Source of the DNA: a virus
Taxonomy: Duplodnaviria > Caudoviricetes
Virus record (IMG/VR): IMGVR_UViG_3300014000_000001
Coordinates: 64,001-128,000 of that record
Reading direction: 5' to 3' (one strand)
Length of the DNA stretch: 64,000 nucleotides
Shown: piece after piece, positions 10,330 to 20,326 of the stretch
How positions within the stretch are numbered: the stretch's first letter is position 1
How the letters are laid out: every line of letters starts with the position of its first letter
Position numbers and translations under genes: made by a program
Notes under the pieces: model-generated
Seen by the model: only the letters and a program-made list of their open reading frames with translations
The model's database searches: none
Told to the model about the DNA's origin: nothing

Positions 10330-11529
10330 ATGTTTGAGTTTACCACAATGAACCATAGACCTGAGTTACTTAATTTATATTTTGATTATAAACTCAATAT
10401 AAACGTTTATCAACATTCGTCAAATCCAAAGGTTAATCCATTACGGATAAAATTACCAAATAGTCCAAAACGGCCTTCCACTTCGGTGTGGTATGTTCCT
10501 AAAGAACTTATGACTCCAGATAACATGACTGTGGGGGTGTACGGGGATCATCTGATATATACCTTCTATAACTTCGAAGGTATTTTCAATATTCAGGTGC
10601 CTGAAATAAACCAAATGACGACGTATAACTATTTGAATCCAAATCAGGAGATTCAAGTCGTTCAACCTCTTGAACGTGGACACACGTTCAAGAAATGTAC
10701 GTTAGGTGAGGTCAGCAATGGAGATATGTCTAATATTAGCATTGAATACATTCAATTAGATACAAACCCCCCTAAAAGTTTCTATCAATTTAATTTATCG
10801 CAATTGATGGATAAACTTAAAGAGGTTGAATTTTTCCACACCTTATATTCTGATCCATTACATACTTTTCAACTCCAACAATGGTTGAAATTTGTAAAAC
10901 ATCAGACTTTCGCTATTTCTGTTCATGTTATTGATGAAGCTAGAAAAGGGGTGAGTTTTTCTAACACTAGCCTCATCACTTACGAAACCTTAGACGGTAA
11001 CTGCCAGACAGCTCCTTACACTGCTTTAAAATCAGACTCATCTTTATTCCCTGATGATAGTCCTGAGTATCCAGAGTATTCTTTCTTCGGATACCGTGAA
11101 ATCAACTTCGATGCTTTTAAGGATAAAATCAAATGGTTAGCCATAACAGATTCTTCCGAATCAAATATCGTTATTAATTTATATGTTTCTCAAAGTTTCT
11201 TTAACCAAGGTAATCTCATTCCTTTTCTTGGATTTAAAGATTTGACCAAGGTCGAATTAGACGTTGCGGCAAAAGTACTTGAAAAGTTTGACGGTACTCA
11301 AGTAAATATTAATACAGTTTGTAACTGGGTGTGTGAAATCATCACTCCTTACAATGGTGGTAATACTTGGGTGAAAACACCTAATCTTGACTTTTTAATA
11401 CTAGGTGGTGATGTAACTTATTTTGATCTTTATAAGTTACCACGCCTATTCTCTAAAGATGATTTAATTCAACTCATTGGTGAGAAAAGTTTTGAAGAAT
11501 TAATCGAATATGGTGGTTGTCCTTATTAA
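10330..11529 (+). CDS. Hypothetical protein, possible paralog of 9132-10277
   Basis: 399 aa, AAGGA RBS, hairpin at 11537-11568 downstream. Confidence 0.75.
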   Translation: MFEFTTMNHRPELLNLYFDYKLNINVYQHSSNPKVNPLRIKLPNSPKRPSTSVWYVPKELMTPDNMTVGVYGDHLIYTFYNFEGIFNIQVPEINQMTTYNYLNPNQEIQVVQPLERGHTFKKCTLGEVSNGDMSNISIEYIQLDTNPPKSFYQFNLSQLMDKLKEVEFFHTLYSDPLHTFQLQQWLKFVKHQTFAISVHVIDEARKGVSFSNTSLITYETLDGNCQTAPYTALKSDSSLFPDDSPEYPEYSFFGYREINFDAFKDKIKWLAITDSSESNIVINLYVSQSFFNQGNLIPFLGFKDLTKVELDVAAKVLEKFDGTQVNINTVCNWVCEIITPYNGGNTWVKTPNLDFLILGGDVTYFDLYKLPRLFSKDDLIQLIGEKSFEELIEYGGCPY

Positions 11530-11672
11530 TCATAAATTGAATCCTCATCCTACGGGATGAGGATTCAAGTACGCTGTCTATTAATTTTAACAGATTTAGA
11601 CATTATCTTTGTAGAGGTAAAGGATTGTATGAATCCAGAACCTATCTTAAAATCTAGAGGTTAGCTTTAATC

Positions 11673-12149
11673 ATGGAAAAGTATTCCACACTTGCACTTA
11701 TGTTACTCCCATTCGTTCCATCTTCTTATTCAAATCGTTGGTGGAGTTTAGCGTTACAACGTTCGTTTCAGGTGCATGGTGATCATAACTTACGCGTCCT
11801 AAACGAAGAACAATTGCAAATCGATGTTATGAAGAACGGATCTCAATGGTTTGATTATCCTGTTTTCGTTGATGGGTTTAAACCTGAAGCTGGTTTTTAT
11901 CATTTGAACGTCCAAACATCACACAAGATGTTTATCGGCTTTATGGAAATTCAAAGTGATGAATCCATCATATGGTGGGCAAGTAACGGTGGTGATTCTA
12001 TTCAGGTGGGTCGTGCTGGGGATAGTGATCGTTATTTAAATGATTATCGTTTCGAAGCTTATGAAGAGCAACTAGAGTGGATAAATGCTCAGCATTGTTT
12101 TAATAACTTCCCTGAAGGAACTACTATTTACGATATCTTAAAGTATTAA
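11673..12149 (+). CDS. Hypothetical protein
   Basis: 158 aa, AGAGGT RBS, degenerate promoter motif near 11594. Confidence 0.7.
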   Translation: MEKYSTLALMLLPFVPSSYSNRWWSLALQRSFQVHGDHNLRVLNEEQLQIDVMKNGSQWFDYPVFVDGFKPEAGFYHLNVQTSHKMFIGFMEIQSDESIIWWASNGGDSIQVGRAGDSDRYLNDYRFEAYEEQLEWINAQHCFNNFPEGTTIYDILKY

Positions 12150-12163
12150 TCTCATTTTATTTC

Positions 12164-12184
12164 AGTTATACATCATCTAGCTGA
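12164..12184 (+). promoter_or_regulatory. Putative early promoter
   Basis: AGTTATACATCATCTAGCTGA; upstream flank nearly identical to that of the 6933 copy. Confidence 0.65.
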
Positions 12185-12214
12185 ATAAGCAATTATCATT
12201 ATTGGAGTGGCGGC

Positions 12215-12592
12215 ATGAATACAGATATTCTTGCTCTTGACCTATCTCTAGAAAGCGCAGCAAAAAACGGAATCAGTTGGACTAAACGTGCTCAACTGGT
12301 TGCCGATAGCGTAGCTAAGCTTGTTGACTTAGGTCGGGAACTTAACGAAGAACCAGTAGTGATCAATAACCCGTTGGTTACTATCGTTGTAACAAAAACT
12401 GAGAATTCAATTGAAGTTTCAGTTACTGGAAACATTACGCAAGAACACCATAATGTTGGGTTACGACTTGACACTGGTACCCTCACATTGGATACACATC
12501 CTTGTGATTTAAATGCAATCAACCAAAAGATTGCACAAATCCTACTTAGCAATAAACCCCAAGAACAAGTAACTGCTTTGGTTTATTGTTAA
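12215..12592 (+). CDS. Hypothetical protein
   Basis: 125 aa, GGAG RBS. Confidence 0.7.
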   Translation: MNTDILALDLSLESAAKNGISWTKRAQLVADSVAKLVDLGRELNEEPVVINNPLVTIVVTKTENSIEVSVTGNITQEHHNVGLRLDTGTLTLDTHPCDLNAINQKIAQILLSNKPQEQVTALVYC

Positions 12593-12629
12593 TATATCTT
12601 AATCCGTAACAACACAGAGGTAATATAAC

Positions 12630-13145
12630 ATGTCTATTCAAGATATCAACACATACGTAGACGGCATCTTCAATCAGAAACTAAATGGGTCAGGTGACCT
12701 ATCTGAAATTGCATTACACTTCGATCTCATGAAAGATCGTATGGATCAATTGATGGCGTATATACACCATTATACGAACCTAGAAGAGCTTCAAGAACAA
12801 CCATGGATGCTTGGTAACGAACGTTTGTTTAAATTCGTCCAAGCAGTTGTGATTGAGCTTTTGTTTAACTCGGACAACATCAATCGTGATGTTATGTTCT
12901 TATTAGCTCATCCGTTCGATAAACAAACAGATGCAGCGAAGTTCAACGTCTATGCTATGAATCTAATGGCGTTCGCAGATGAACGCTTAACCGAGCGTTT
13001 AAATGGCGCGGGTTGGATCAAGCGCTTATTTAAAGGTTCTAAGCATTATTACGTGAATCAGTACTATAACTTGATTACTGAGAAAATCAAAATGCCTGAA
13101 GAAATCGAAGGTGATGTTGCTCCGTTTAGCCCTAAGTTGGGATAG
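12630..13145 (+). CDS. Hypothetical protein
   Basis: 171 aa, ACAGAGGT RBS, terminator at ~13155-13190. Confidence 0.75.
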   Translation: MSIQDINTYVDGIFNQKLNGSGDLSEIALHFDLMKDRMDQLMAYIHHYTNLEELQEQPWMLGNERLFKFVQAVVIELLFNSDNINRDVMFLLAHPFDKQTDAAKFNVYAMNLMAFADERLTERLNGAGWIKRLFKGSKHYYVNQYYNLITEKIKMPEEIEGDVAPFSPKLG

Positions 13146-13228
13146 ATAAAAATACTGCTGCTGGTTATCCTATAGGATAACCAGCAGTTATTTCTTTTTT
13201 TTTGTCTAAGAACGCAAGGATAAACGTC

Positions 13229-13903
13229 ATGCAAACAACGGTGAAAACTAAATCGTCAATCAAACCAAAATGGGGTAATAATCAAAAGCAATCAGTGTTT
13301 ACAGAAGCTGAAGTTGCTGAGATTTCACAGTACATGAATGAGCTTCGTTTAAGTGCTTTGAAGCTTAACTTCTTACAATGTGCGCTTATAAACACTGATC
13401 CATCTCTTGCTCGTTGGCTTCATGCTAAAGGTTTTAATACTTGGGTAAAAACAGGAAATCAACGTAATGGGAAAACACTATTAACTACTGCTCAGTTGAA
13501 AAATTTAGAAGTGGGTGAACAAGTCGTTCTAAACTTATTCAATAGCGATGAGAAGTTAAATGGCAAACTGTTCATTGAAGCGTTGGGGGATCGTCGCTAC
13601 TTGATTAGTGATGTTATTGCTGAACATCGTTATAACAACTTATATCAACGTGGTTTCTACCCTGACAAGATGTGTAATACAATTTACAATGTATGCATAA
13701 AAGGTAAAAAGGATATTACTTCTTCTCGTAATCCTGATTTCGTACATGCCTTTGAATACGTCCGAAACGTAGCTCGACAAAAACAAAAAGAATTCAATAC
13801 TCAATTTGAAGAATGGAAACAAACTATATCTGAACCAACCATTGAATTACTTCGTGAAATCAACCAAGCAGATTTCGAGTTGAAAAAATTAAATGCAGCA
13901 TAA
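13229..13903 (+). CDS. Hypothetical basic protein
   Basis: AAGGA RBS before MQTTVK; palindromic terminator at 13909-13934. Confidence 0.7.
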   Translation: MQTTVKTKSSIKPKWGNNQKQSVFTEAEVAEISQYMNELRLSALKLNFLQCALINTDPSLARWLHAKGFNTWVKTGNQRNGKTLLTTAQLKNLEVGEQVVLNLFNSDEKLNGKLFIEALGDRRYLISDVIAEHRYNNLYQRGFYPDKMCNTIYNVCIKGKKDITSSRNPDFVHAFEYVRNVARQKQKEFNTQFEEWKQTISEPTIELLREINQADFELKKLNAA

Positions 13904-13940
13904 ATGATAATAAGGTACCCTAGGGTACCTTATTCTATGC

Positions 13941-14114
13941 TCATGCTTCAGCTAACTTATGTGTAATTAAAAGAACTTCCCCACAAAAATTAAAGCCCAT
14001 CTTAAGGACTTGCTTGTGTTCTTTCTTGGGTATTACTCGCTTGGTGGATCGTTGATCTTGTTCAACATGATTAAACTTCTTAGGTGTTGCAGTTTCAATC
14101 AATACAGAGTTCAC
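13941..14114 (-). CDS. Small basic hypothetical protein
   Basis: AAAGGA RBS before a GTG start within the 75-aa ORF; converges on the 13909 terminator. Confidence 0.4.
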   Translation of the reverse strand: MNSVLIETATPKKFNHVEQDQRSTKRVIPKKEHKQVLKMGFNFCGEVLLITHKLAEA

Positions 14115-14267
14115 GACATATCCTTTTTTGTGTGCTTCTTGCCTAAAGAAGCTAGAGCAGGCCCCCACTCTAGCTTTGGTCTTAACTGGATTATCTCAAC
14201 CTTCCAGGCGGCTGGGTACATTAAAACTACTAATATACTCCGATCATATAAATATAGCAACAGCATA

Positions 14268-14582
14268 AAAAAAAACACTGACTACCCACGGCAAGAGGGC
14301 AGTCAGGGCTGATTGATCGAACAATTGATCAAAGGAGAAAGAGGCCTCCCGCATCAATGCAAAACTCTATATCGCTCATTCGGCTGTGAGTTCTGGTGAA
14401 TTGGGAGGTTGGGGCTTGATTAGAGGTTTCCCTCTTTTCAATATCGAAAGGTTCCAACCGATCGACAAAGGGCTCACATTTAAGAGCACACTAAGTACCC
14501 ACCCCAGAGAAGGTCTTATAGTAAGCATTGTTATGTACTTATTGCCTTGGACGCCTACTGGGATGGGAAACTGTTTTATTCC
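14268..14582 (-). ncRNA. Putative structured non-coding RNA (~320 nt), family unknown
   Basis: GC-rich intergenic island; several stems pair through G-U wobbles only on the minus strand; GAAA tetraloop hairpin; ends in an intrinsic terminator with U8. Confidence 0.6.
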
Positions 14583-14601
14583 ATATAATACATGTTTTTA
14601 C

Positions 14602-14622
14602 AGATATACATAATCTATGTGA
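14602..14622 (+). promoter_or_regulatory. Putative early promoter
   Basis: AGATATACATAATCTATGTGA, identical to the 9087 copy. Confidence 0.75.
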
Positions 14623-14651
14623 ATTATTGTTTTGTTATTACAGAGGTCGAT

Positions 14652-15413
14652 ATGAAAATTGCAACAGCGCAGAACTCTAAACCTATTCGTAAAGAATTGC
14701 AAGCTCACTTTAAAAAGTTGCTTGAAGATGGTGAACAACCCATCTCTACGAAGAATATCTTTGGTAATACATTAGCTGAAAAACCTGAATTAAGAGAACT
14801 ATTCTTCAATGAGCATGATCTTAAGAATCAAATGTATATTCATCTACATTCTCCTCACATCACCACCCGGGAAGAATTCGATGATTTATTGAAAGATCTT
14901 AAAGAGCATACGGAATATGAGGCATTAGATGTCTTGATTGGAAATATTGATTGCTTAGTTTATTCTAAGTGTAATGTGTTAAATGAAAACACCATTATAC
15001 AAATGAAAGCGTTACATTTAGGTAACAATGTAGATAACCATTGCGTGGAACATAATATCTTCATGGGTGCTGAAATTCGCACTTACCATATGTTTGATAC
15101 CGATACTGGGCGCAAACGCTTCTTGGGCTTTAGCACAGCTTATGGTGGGGTAGACGACACTACACTATGTTTATACTTAGATGAAAAGATCTTTCGTTTA
15201 ATTCAGCTGGTAATTCCAGGCGTGCGAGTATATAAAACCTTTCGAGAGGAGATTAGCAATATACACCCTATCAAATTACTAAGTCCAATGCGGGTGGTAC
15301 ATTATCCTATCGCTAGTAAAGGATATCGTGAACTATTTAAGTTTGTGAAACACCATTATGGTAACGAGCTACCAGCTCGCTGTATCAAATACATGAATTT
15401 AAAATCTATTTAA
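14652..15413 (+). CDS. Hypothetical early protein
   Basis: ACAGAGGT RBS before MKIATAQ (true start 14652, not 14592). Confidence 0.75.
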   Translation: MKIATAQNSKPIRKELQAHFKKLLEDGEQPISTKNIFGNTLAEKPELRELFFNEHDLKNQMYIHLHSPHITTREEFDDLLKDLKEHTEYEALDVLIGNIDCLVYSKCNVLNENTIIQMKALHLGNNVDNHCVEHNIFMGAEIRTYHMFDTDTGRKRFLGFSTAYGGVDDTTLCLYLDEKIFRLIQLVIPGVRVYKTFREEISNIHPIKLLSPMRVVHYPIASKGYRELFKFVKHHYGNELPARCIKYMNLKSI

Positions 15414-15430
15414 TACAGAGGTAATAAACA

Positions 15431-15703
15431 ATGACAGATCGTAAAACTGTGAGTTCAGATGAACTTGCTGAATTTGCTAAACAAAACAATTTCAAAGTAC
15501 ACAATGATGTACATGGGATACTTACTCGTTTTGAAAATTATCCTGAGTGTTTAGACACTTGGGTGAAAGATGGATCACTCGATAGCTTAAAATTGATTGA
15601 TCAAAATAATGTAGGGGTAAAGCTTTATTCCTTAAACAACTGTGGTGTTGTCATGTGGTATAACCCAGAAGACAAACCGCTTGCTTTATTCAGAGGTAAA
15701 TAA
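15431..15703 (+). CDS. Hypothetical protein
   Basis: 90 aa, ACAGAGGT RBS. Confidence 0.75.
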   Translation: MTDRKTVSSDELAEFAKQNNFKVHNDVHGILTRFENYPECLDTWVKDGSLDSLKLIDQNNVGVKLYSLNNCGVVMWYNPEDKPLALFRGK

Positions 15704-15756
15704 GATGAATATAATTGTAATTGGTGTTACGGTCGATACGCGGTGAGGCCAAACTA

Positions 15757-16176
15757 ATGAATCCATTATTTTTAAATCGTGATATTTGTCCAATGCGTGA
15801 AACGCCGAACATCGAGGAAATTAATCCCAATCGAGGGACTCACAATCATGGTGACCGTTTCGATGAATGGGATGATGAAAAGGTAATTACTTACCTTACT
15901 CTAAATGGTTTCACTAACCTTAAGAAACTCGAAGATGGAAGTTGGTGTGGTTTATACCGTCTAGCTTTCACTTGGAGTGTCTGTACCGATATCACATATC
16001 TCACACCTTACGCTTATCGATGGTGTTTTAAAGATAAAGCTGAAGCAGATTACTTCTTAGAGAATTTGAAGGAATTTGATGAAGTTCCCGTTAAACGTAC
16101 GTCATTAGTTGGGCATCGCTTTAGTGGTGAAGCTCGATTAATGGCTTTTGATAATTTAGGATTAAAGAAATGGTAG
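15757..16176 (+). CDS. Hypothetical phage protein
   Basis: GAGG RBS before MNPLF; WCG...RWCF motif. Confidence 0.65.
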   Translation: MNPLFLNRDICPMRETPNIEEINPNRGTHNHGDRFDEWDDEKVITYLTLNGFTNLKKLEDGSWCGLYRLAFTWSVCTDITYLTPYAYRWCFKDKAEADYFLENLKEFDEVPVKRTSLVGHRFSGEARLMAFDNLGLKKW

Positions 16177-16628
16177 ATGTTATTGGTGTTGATTTATCTG
16201 TAGTCAAAATGTTGGCGATTAAATACAACAAGGCAACGAGCATTACTCCAACCATAATAAATAAATTTTGTGGATTTGAGGTAATGCTTATAAAATCATA
16301 CATCCATAAAAACCATGTTGATTCATTCATGGAAAGTGTTATAAATGATCCAGTGGCAAAAGCATATATTGTGGGAAGTGCATGGCCTAATAACGATGGA
16401 TGGGAAGTCGTTTTTAGACCTGAAACTATTTTTGCTGCTCTCAACGGTTCTGTAGGTGCTTTTAAGTTATTTAAAATCAGCCCTGACTTTACTTTGGTTC
16501 AATTAGATATGGATAATCCACTAGAGTTAATTAAAGATGATGAATATATAGAACTAAATGTAACTTACTCCGACCTTTCATGTCTAGACATTATGTCTAC
16601 GATGAATAACGAAACTAAATTCAATTAA
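16170..16628 (+). CDS. Hypothetical protein
   Basis: 152 aa, overlaps previous stop, terminator downstream. Confidence 0.65.
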   Translation: MVDVIGVDLSVVKMLAIKYNKATSITPTIINKFCGFEVMLIKSYIHKNHVDSFMESVINDPVAKAYIVGSAWPNNDGWEVVFRPETIFAALNGSVGAFKLFKISPDFTLVQLDMDNPLELIKDDEYIELNVTYSDLSCLDIMSTMNNETKFN

Positions 16629-16656
16629 AATAAAGGAGCCTAGGCTCCTTTATTTT
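16627..16656. terminator. Palindromic terminator GGAGCCTAGGCTCC
   Basis: Same 14-bp core also at ~33036, ~44359 and ~58343. Confidence 0.8.
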
Positions 16657-16720
16657 TTTATGCTCTCATCTAATTCTTTGAAACGCTTATTATGGATAAT
16701 CATTACAATAGGGGAACATC

Positions 16721-17326
16721 ATGCTTTTAACAATAGCAACAAACCGTTATGCTTGCGGTCGTTTAGATCATGTGGATATTTGTTATCCAAGTTTCGTTGA
16801 TCCTACGGAAGTCAACGCCTCAGTGATTGCATTTGACGGTAGAACATTAACGCTTGATATTGAACCTTATAGTTTCGTTCGATTGAATCGAGATAATCAT
16901 TTATTTTTTGGTGTTCAAGATAAAGAACTAAAACTAATAGACCACACCACACGTAAAGTTGGGGTTTGTGATACAATCTCTCAATCGGTTTATAACGAAT
17001 ATAGTAGAATCATCCTAGGGCGTTTGTTTAAAAATAATCCTTTTGAAAATCCCATATTAGTAGATGCTCGATACGATTTTGGTAAATTCTATACAGGGTA
17101 TGTGAATCCTCAAGTTCTATTCTTAAAACGCTCAGATATGGCTGAAGAAGCTGGCCATTATTTGCATGGGGGCGATTATACTTATTTAATCGGACATAAT
17201 ATTGTTTATGTCGAAGATGATAAAATCCCCTATGTTAAAGAACTCCATAACAAGCTCTGCAAAGAGCTTAACTTCGGTATTCCTCTAGAGTTTAAATTCC
17301 TAGATACAATTTTGGATAATCTATAA
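16721..17326 (+). CDS. Hypothetical protein
   Basis: 201 aa, AGGGG RBS. Confidence 0.7.
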   Translation: MLLTIATNRYACGRLDHVDICYPSFVDPTEVNASVIAFDGRTLTLDIEPYSFVRLNRDNHLFFGVQDKELKLIDHTTRKVGVCDTISQSVYNEYSRIILGRLFKNNPFENPILVDARYDFGKFYTGYVNPQVLFLKRSDMAEEAGHYLHGGDYTYLIGHNIVYVEDDKIPYVKELHNKLCKELNFGIPLEFKFLDTILDNL

Positions 17327-17925
17327 TGAAAATGATTATTTTAAATGGTCCACCTGGTGGTGGAAAAGATACATTCATGGATCTTCTTAAAGCAGAAGAT
17401 GGGCTTGACACCAAGGGGAAGATTCTAGTTCCTTACTGTTATAAATGGACACTATGTGAAGCAGTGGGTAAACGTTATGGATTACCGACGATGGCTGTTT
17501 GGGATATTAATGCAACACGTGCATTGAAGGAACTTCCTAATGAGAAGTTTGGTGGGAAATCCGTACGTCAAGCGTTGATTTACGAATCTGAAGAAGTGAT
17601 CAAAAAACAATACGGTGAAACAGGGGTCGCCATTCAAACCTTTGAAAATATTAAACGTGATTATCATGATTTTGATTTTGATGAGTTAATTCTTCTTACT
17701 GCTTCTGGCGGCTTTAACTCTGAAACCACAGCTGCTTTTGAATTCTTTAACACCACACGAAAAGATTTATTCATTGTGCGTATCGATCGTGAAGGTTGTA
17801 GCTACGAAGCTGTGAATGATTCACGTGAATATTTAAAAGACCCTGATCTTGCTTTTCGTAACGATTACACCATTGATGACATGAAAGTCTACATTCCAGC
17901 AGTACAACAATTCATAGATCGCTAA
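17326..17925 (+). CDS. P-loop (deoxy)nucleoside monophosphate kinase-like protein
   Basis: N-terminal IILNGPPGGGKDT Walker A; R-Q-A-L-I and DSR motifs typical of phage dNMP kinases. Confidence 0.75.
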   Translation: MKMIILNGPPGGGKDTFMDLLKAEDGLDTKGKILVPYCYKWTLCEAVGKRYGLPTMAVWDINATRALKELPNEKFGGKSVRQALIYESEEVIKKQYGETGVAIQTFENIKRDYHDFDFDELILLTASGGFNSETTAAFEFFNTTRKDLFIVRIDREGCSYEAVNDSREYLKDPDLAFRNDYTIDDMKVYIPAVQQFIDR

Positions 17926-18426
17926 ATGCGATCTATGAATCCTTATGAGAACTTACTTTTTAGAGATTATACCATGACTGAATTCGTAACTGGGATTAAT
18001 ATCCTGCTTTCTATTATTATCATTGCAGTAACCTTAGGATTACACCATTACTGTGTTAAACAAATTAGTAATGGGTTTAAAGTCCCATTCTTTGAAGAAA
18101 CTACAGTAGTTAAATTTCTTAATTACTGGAAAATCTTCAACCGAGTACTTATTGGTTTAATCATCCTATCTTATTTTGTCTGGGCTATAAATGGGTATTA
18201 CCAGAGTGTGAAGAACCAAACTACAGTCTCTAACAAACCAGTGACTCCTGTAATACAAAAAGTGTATATTGAAAAAGCAACTCCTGTTAAAACTACACTG
18301 GATCAAGAAGTATTCTTTTATTGTTTAGATAAAGCTTCTAGTCGTAAAGATGGAGTGAGTGCAGAGCAAATTAAAGCCTGTAAAGAAGCTGCGCTTAATA
18401 CTGTTAACCGTTTAACTGAAAAATAG
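17926..18426 (+). CDS. Hypothetical membrane protein (2 TM)
   Basis: Two hydrophobic helices; C-terminal Cys pair. Confidence 0.65.
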   Translation: MRSMNPYENLLFRDYTMTEFVTGINILLSIIIIAVTLGLHHYCVKQISNGFKVPFFEETTVVKFLNYWKIFNRVLIGLIILSYFVWAINGYYQSVKNQTTVSNKPVTPVIQKVYIEKATPVKTTLDQEVFFYCLDKASSRKDGVSAEQIKACKEAALNTVNRLTEK

Positions 18427-18428
18427 AT

Positions 18429-18449
18429 AGACATATACTATCTAACTGA
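18429..18449 (+). promoter_or_regulatory. Putative early promoter (degenerate)
   Basis: AGACATATACTATCTAACTGA. Confidence 0.55.
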
Positions 18450-18523
18450 TGAAGTTCATCATTAAAAAATTAACCTATCTTAGCATCATTATGAATGCTA
18501 GATTTTAAATAGGCAGATTAGCT

Positions 18524-19357
18524 ATGTTTGTACCATATCGTAAACTCATTGACACATTAACCCGTACGAATAAAAAATACAATCAGGTGCGTTTAACCGC
18601 AACACTGAATCCACCTTTATTGTATTCTAAACATTCTGATAGTACGGCCATCCAATTATTAGAAAACGAATATCTTTACCTCATGCAAGATGGAGATATT
18701 TTAGTTAGTCCTCCAGTATGTCCAGATCAACGTACTTGGATTGCTAATGATATGCGTCACCTTGTGGGTGGGGAAAAAGATAAAACCATTTTACAATACA
18801 AAAAGGGTGCTGGACTTATTAGTTTAGCCGAACTACCCGATGATATGTTCAAAGTTTGTGAAATGAATGTTAAGCTTATTAATTTGTTTAAAGATGCGTT
18901 GAACAAAACCACGCAAGTAAAATTACCTTATGCTTTTTTAACTGGACTCACAGAACATCCTAGATTAAATTGCTTTACAGTAGATAAAACTAAATCTAAC
19001 TACAAAGCGTATTTAGAAAGAATGTTGAGTCAGCCTAACATTGCTGAATCTATCTTAGTCTCAGGTATGTTGAATAACTACCCGTTACCACTAAACTTTA
19101 TAGTTGGTGGTAAGTATGATTTTGTCAATATGACTTGGTTATTATTTTATCACCCGAAATACGGTGTGTCATTCATTGGATCAATTACAGATATTATTAA
19201 TCTCCAAGATGGGGATGTGATAGATTTAAAACTAAGCGATGAGTTAGAGGTTCGAATCAATACATGTAAAGACAAACAAACCTTTAAAGGTGAACTGTGT
19301 GTCGATGTAACAGCCCTTGAACTACCTGAAGCAATTATAGATATGGTGAAAGTCTAA
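18524..19357 (+). CDS. Hypothetical protein
   Basis: 277 aa ORF. Confidence 0.7.
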   Translation: MFVPYRKLIDTLTRTNKKYNQVRLTATLNPPLLYSKHSDSTAIQLLENEYLYLMQDGDILVSPPVCPDQRTWIANDMRHLVGGEKDKTILQYKKGAGLISLAELPDDMFKVCEMNVKLINLFKDALNKTTQVKLPYAFLTGLTEHPRLNCFTVDKTKSNYKAYLERMLSQPNIAESILVSGMLNNYPLPLNFIVGGKYDFVNMTWLLFYHPKYGVSFIGSITDIINLQDGDVIDLKLSDELEVRINTCKDKQTFKGELCVDVTALELPEAIIDMVKV

Positions 19358-20271
19358 TGCAAAAGTCTAATGATGCAATTCATCAAGTAGTTTGCAATCC
19401 TAATTTCAGTGATTCCATATGGTCATTAATTGAAGTGTTTAAAAAGTACTATCAGACCTTCACTGAAATGACATTTGAAATAGGTGATACTAACCAAGCC
19501 TTACAGTTATTTAAGCTATTCAACTACTTTAATGATGCTCCATTACCTAAAGTAATTGATGGTCAAATTCTAGGTGGTGGTTTTGGTTGGTTCTATGGTG
19601 GGGAAAATGGCAATCCTACTCACTTTATTATTCCTAAAGGCAATGTGGATTCGAGTTTAATTAACTCAGCTGTGATCTTGGGAGAAGATTGTGTAATATT
19701 GGGAGTTGATTGGTCAATGATCATTATTGATTTAAGGCACAACAAACCAAGTGGGATCACCTACACCACGATTGATTTTACTCGAAAGTATTTAATTGAA
19801 GGTAAAATTCTTCCTTTAATTCACGCGGATTTCAAACCTGTCAAAGTGAAGAAAAAGACATATCATAAACTTAATGAAATTATGATGAAGATCCACCAAT
19901 GGAAAACCATTCCCCAAGAAAAACGGATCTTAATGCAGGAGTTGTTTACTCAAACGAATGAGTATATTCAATATACTCAAGGATTAATTCATAATCTCAC
20001 TATGGGTGGATTTATTAATATATCTGCTAAAGACAATCTGGACTTCGATCTTAAGCAATGTATTTTAGATATCATAGAAGGTGGGTTAGTTGATAATCCT
20101 GATTTGGGTAAATTTATCTTATTATTACACTCGATCACACTGGAGTTAGTTGAGTTACAAGAGATGACCTTCTTTCATACACCACTTAACTTTAGTAATT
20201 TTAATTATTCCTCATCTAATGAAGGTGAATCAAATCCATATATGGAGATAACTCCCAACACATTCTGTTAA
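19357..20271 (+). CDS. Hypothetical protein
   Basis: 304 aa, TAATG coupling, terminator at 20276-20305. Confidence 0.7.
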   Translation: MQKSNDAIHQVVCNPNFSDSIWSLIEVFKKYYQTFTEMTFEIGDTNQALQLFKLFNYFNDAPLPKVIDGQILGGGFGWFYGGENGNPTHFIIPKGNVDSSLINSAVILGEDCVILGVDWSMIIIDLRHNKPSGITYTTIDFTRKYLIEGKILPLIHADFKPVKVKKKTYHKLNEIMMKIHQWKTIPQEKRILMQELFTQTNEYIQYTQGLIHNLTMGGFINISAKDNLDFDLKQCILDIIEGGLVDNPDLGKFILLLHSITLELVELQEMTFFHTPLNFSNFNYSSSNEGESNPYMEITPNTFC

Positions 20272-20326
20272 TAATAGGTTAAGGTTCCGTTTGGAACCTT
20301 AACCTTTCTTTATAAGGATTCATTTC

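Noticed and set aside
11629-11664. 11-codon uORF with RBS
   Set aside because: Too short to support; may simply reflect a duplicated RBS
14010-14613. Plus-strand ORFs 14010-14312 and 14386-14613
   Set aside because: No RBS, atypical composition; they overlap a minus-strand ORF, a terminator and the structured RNA
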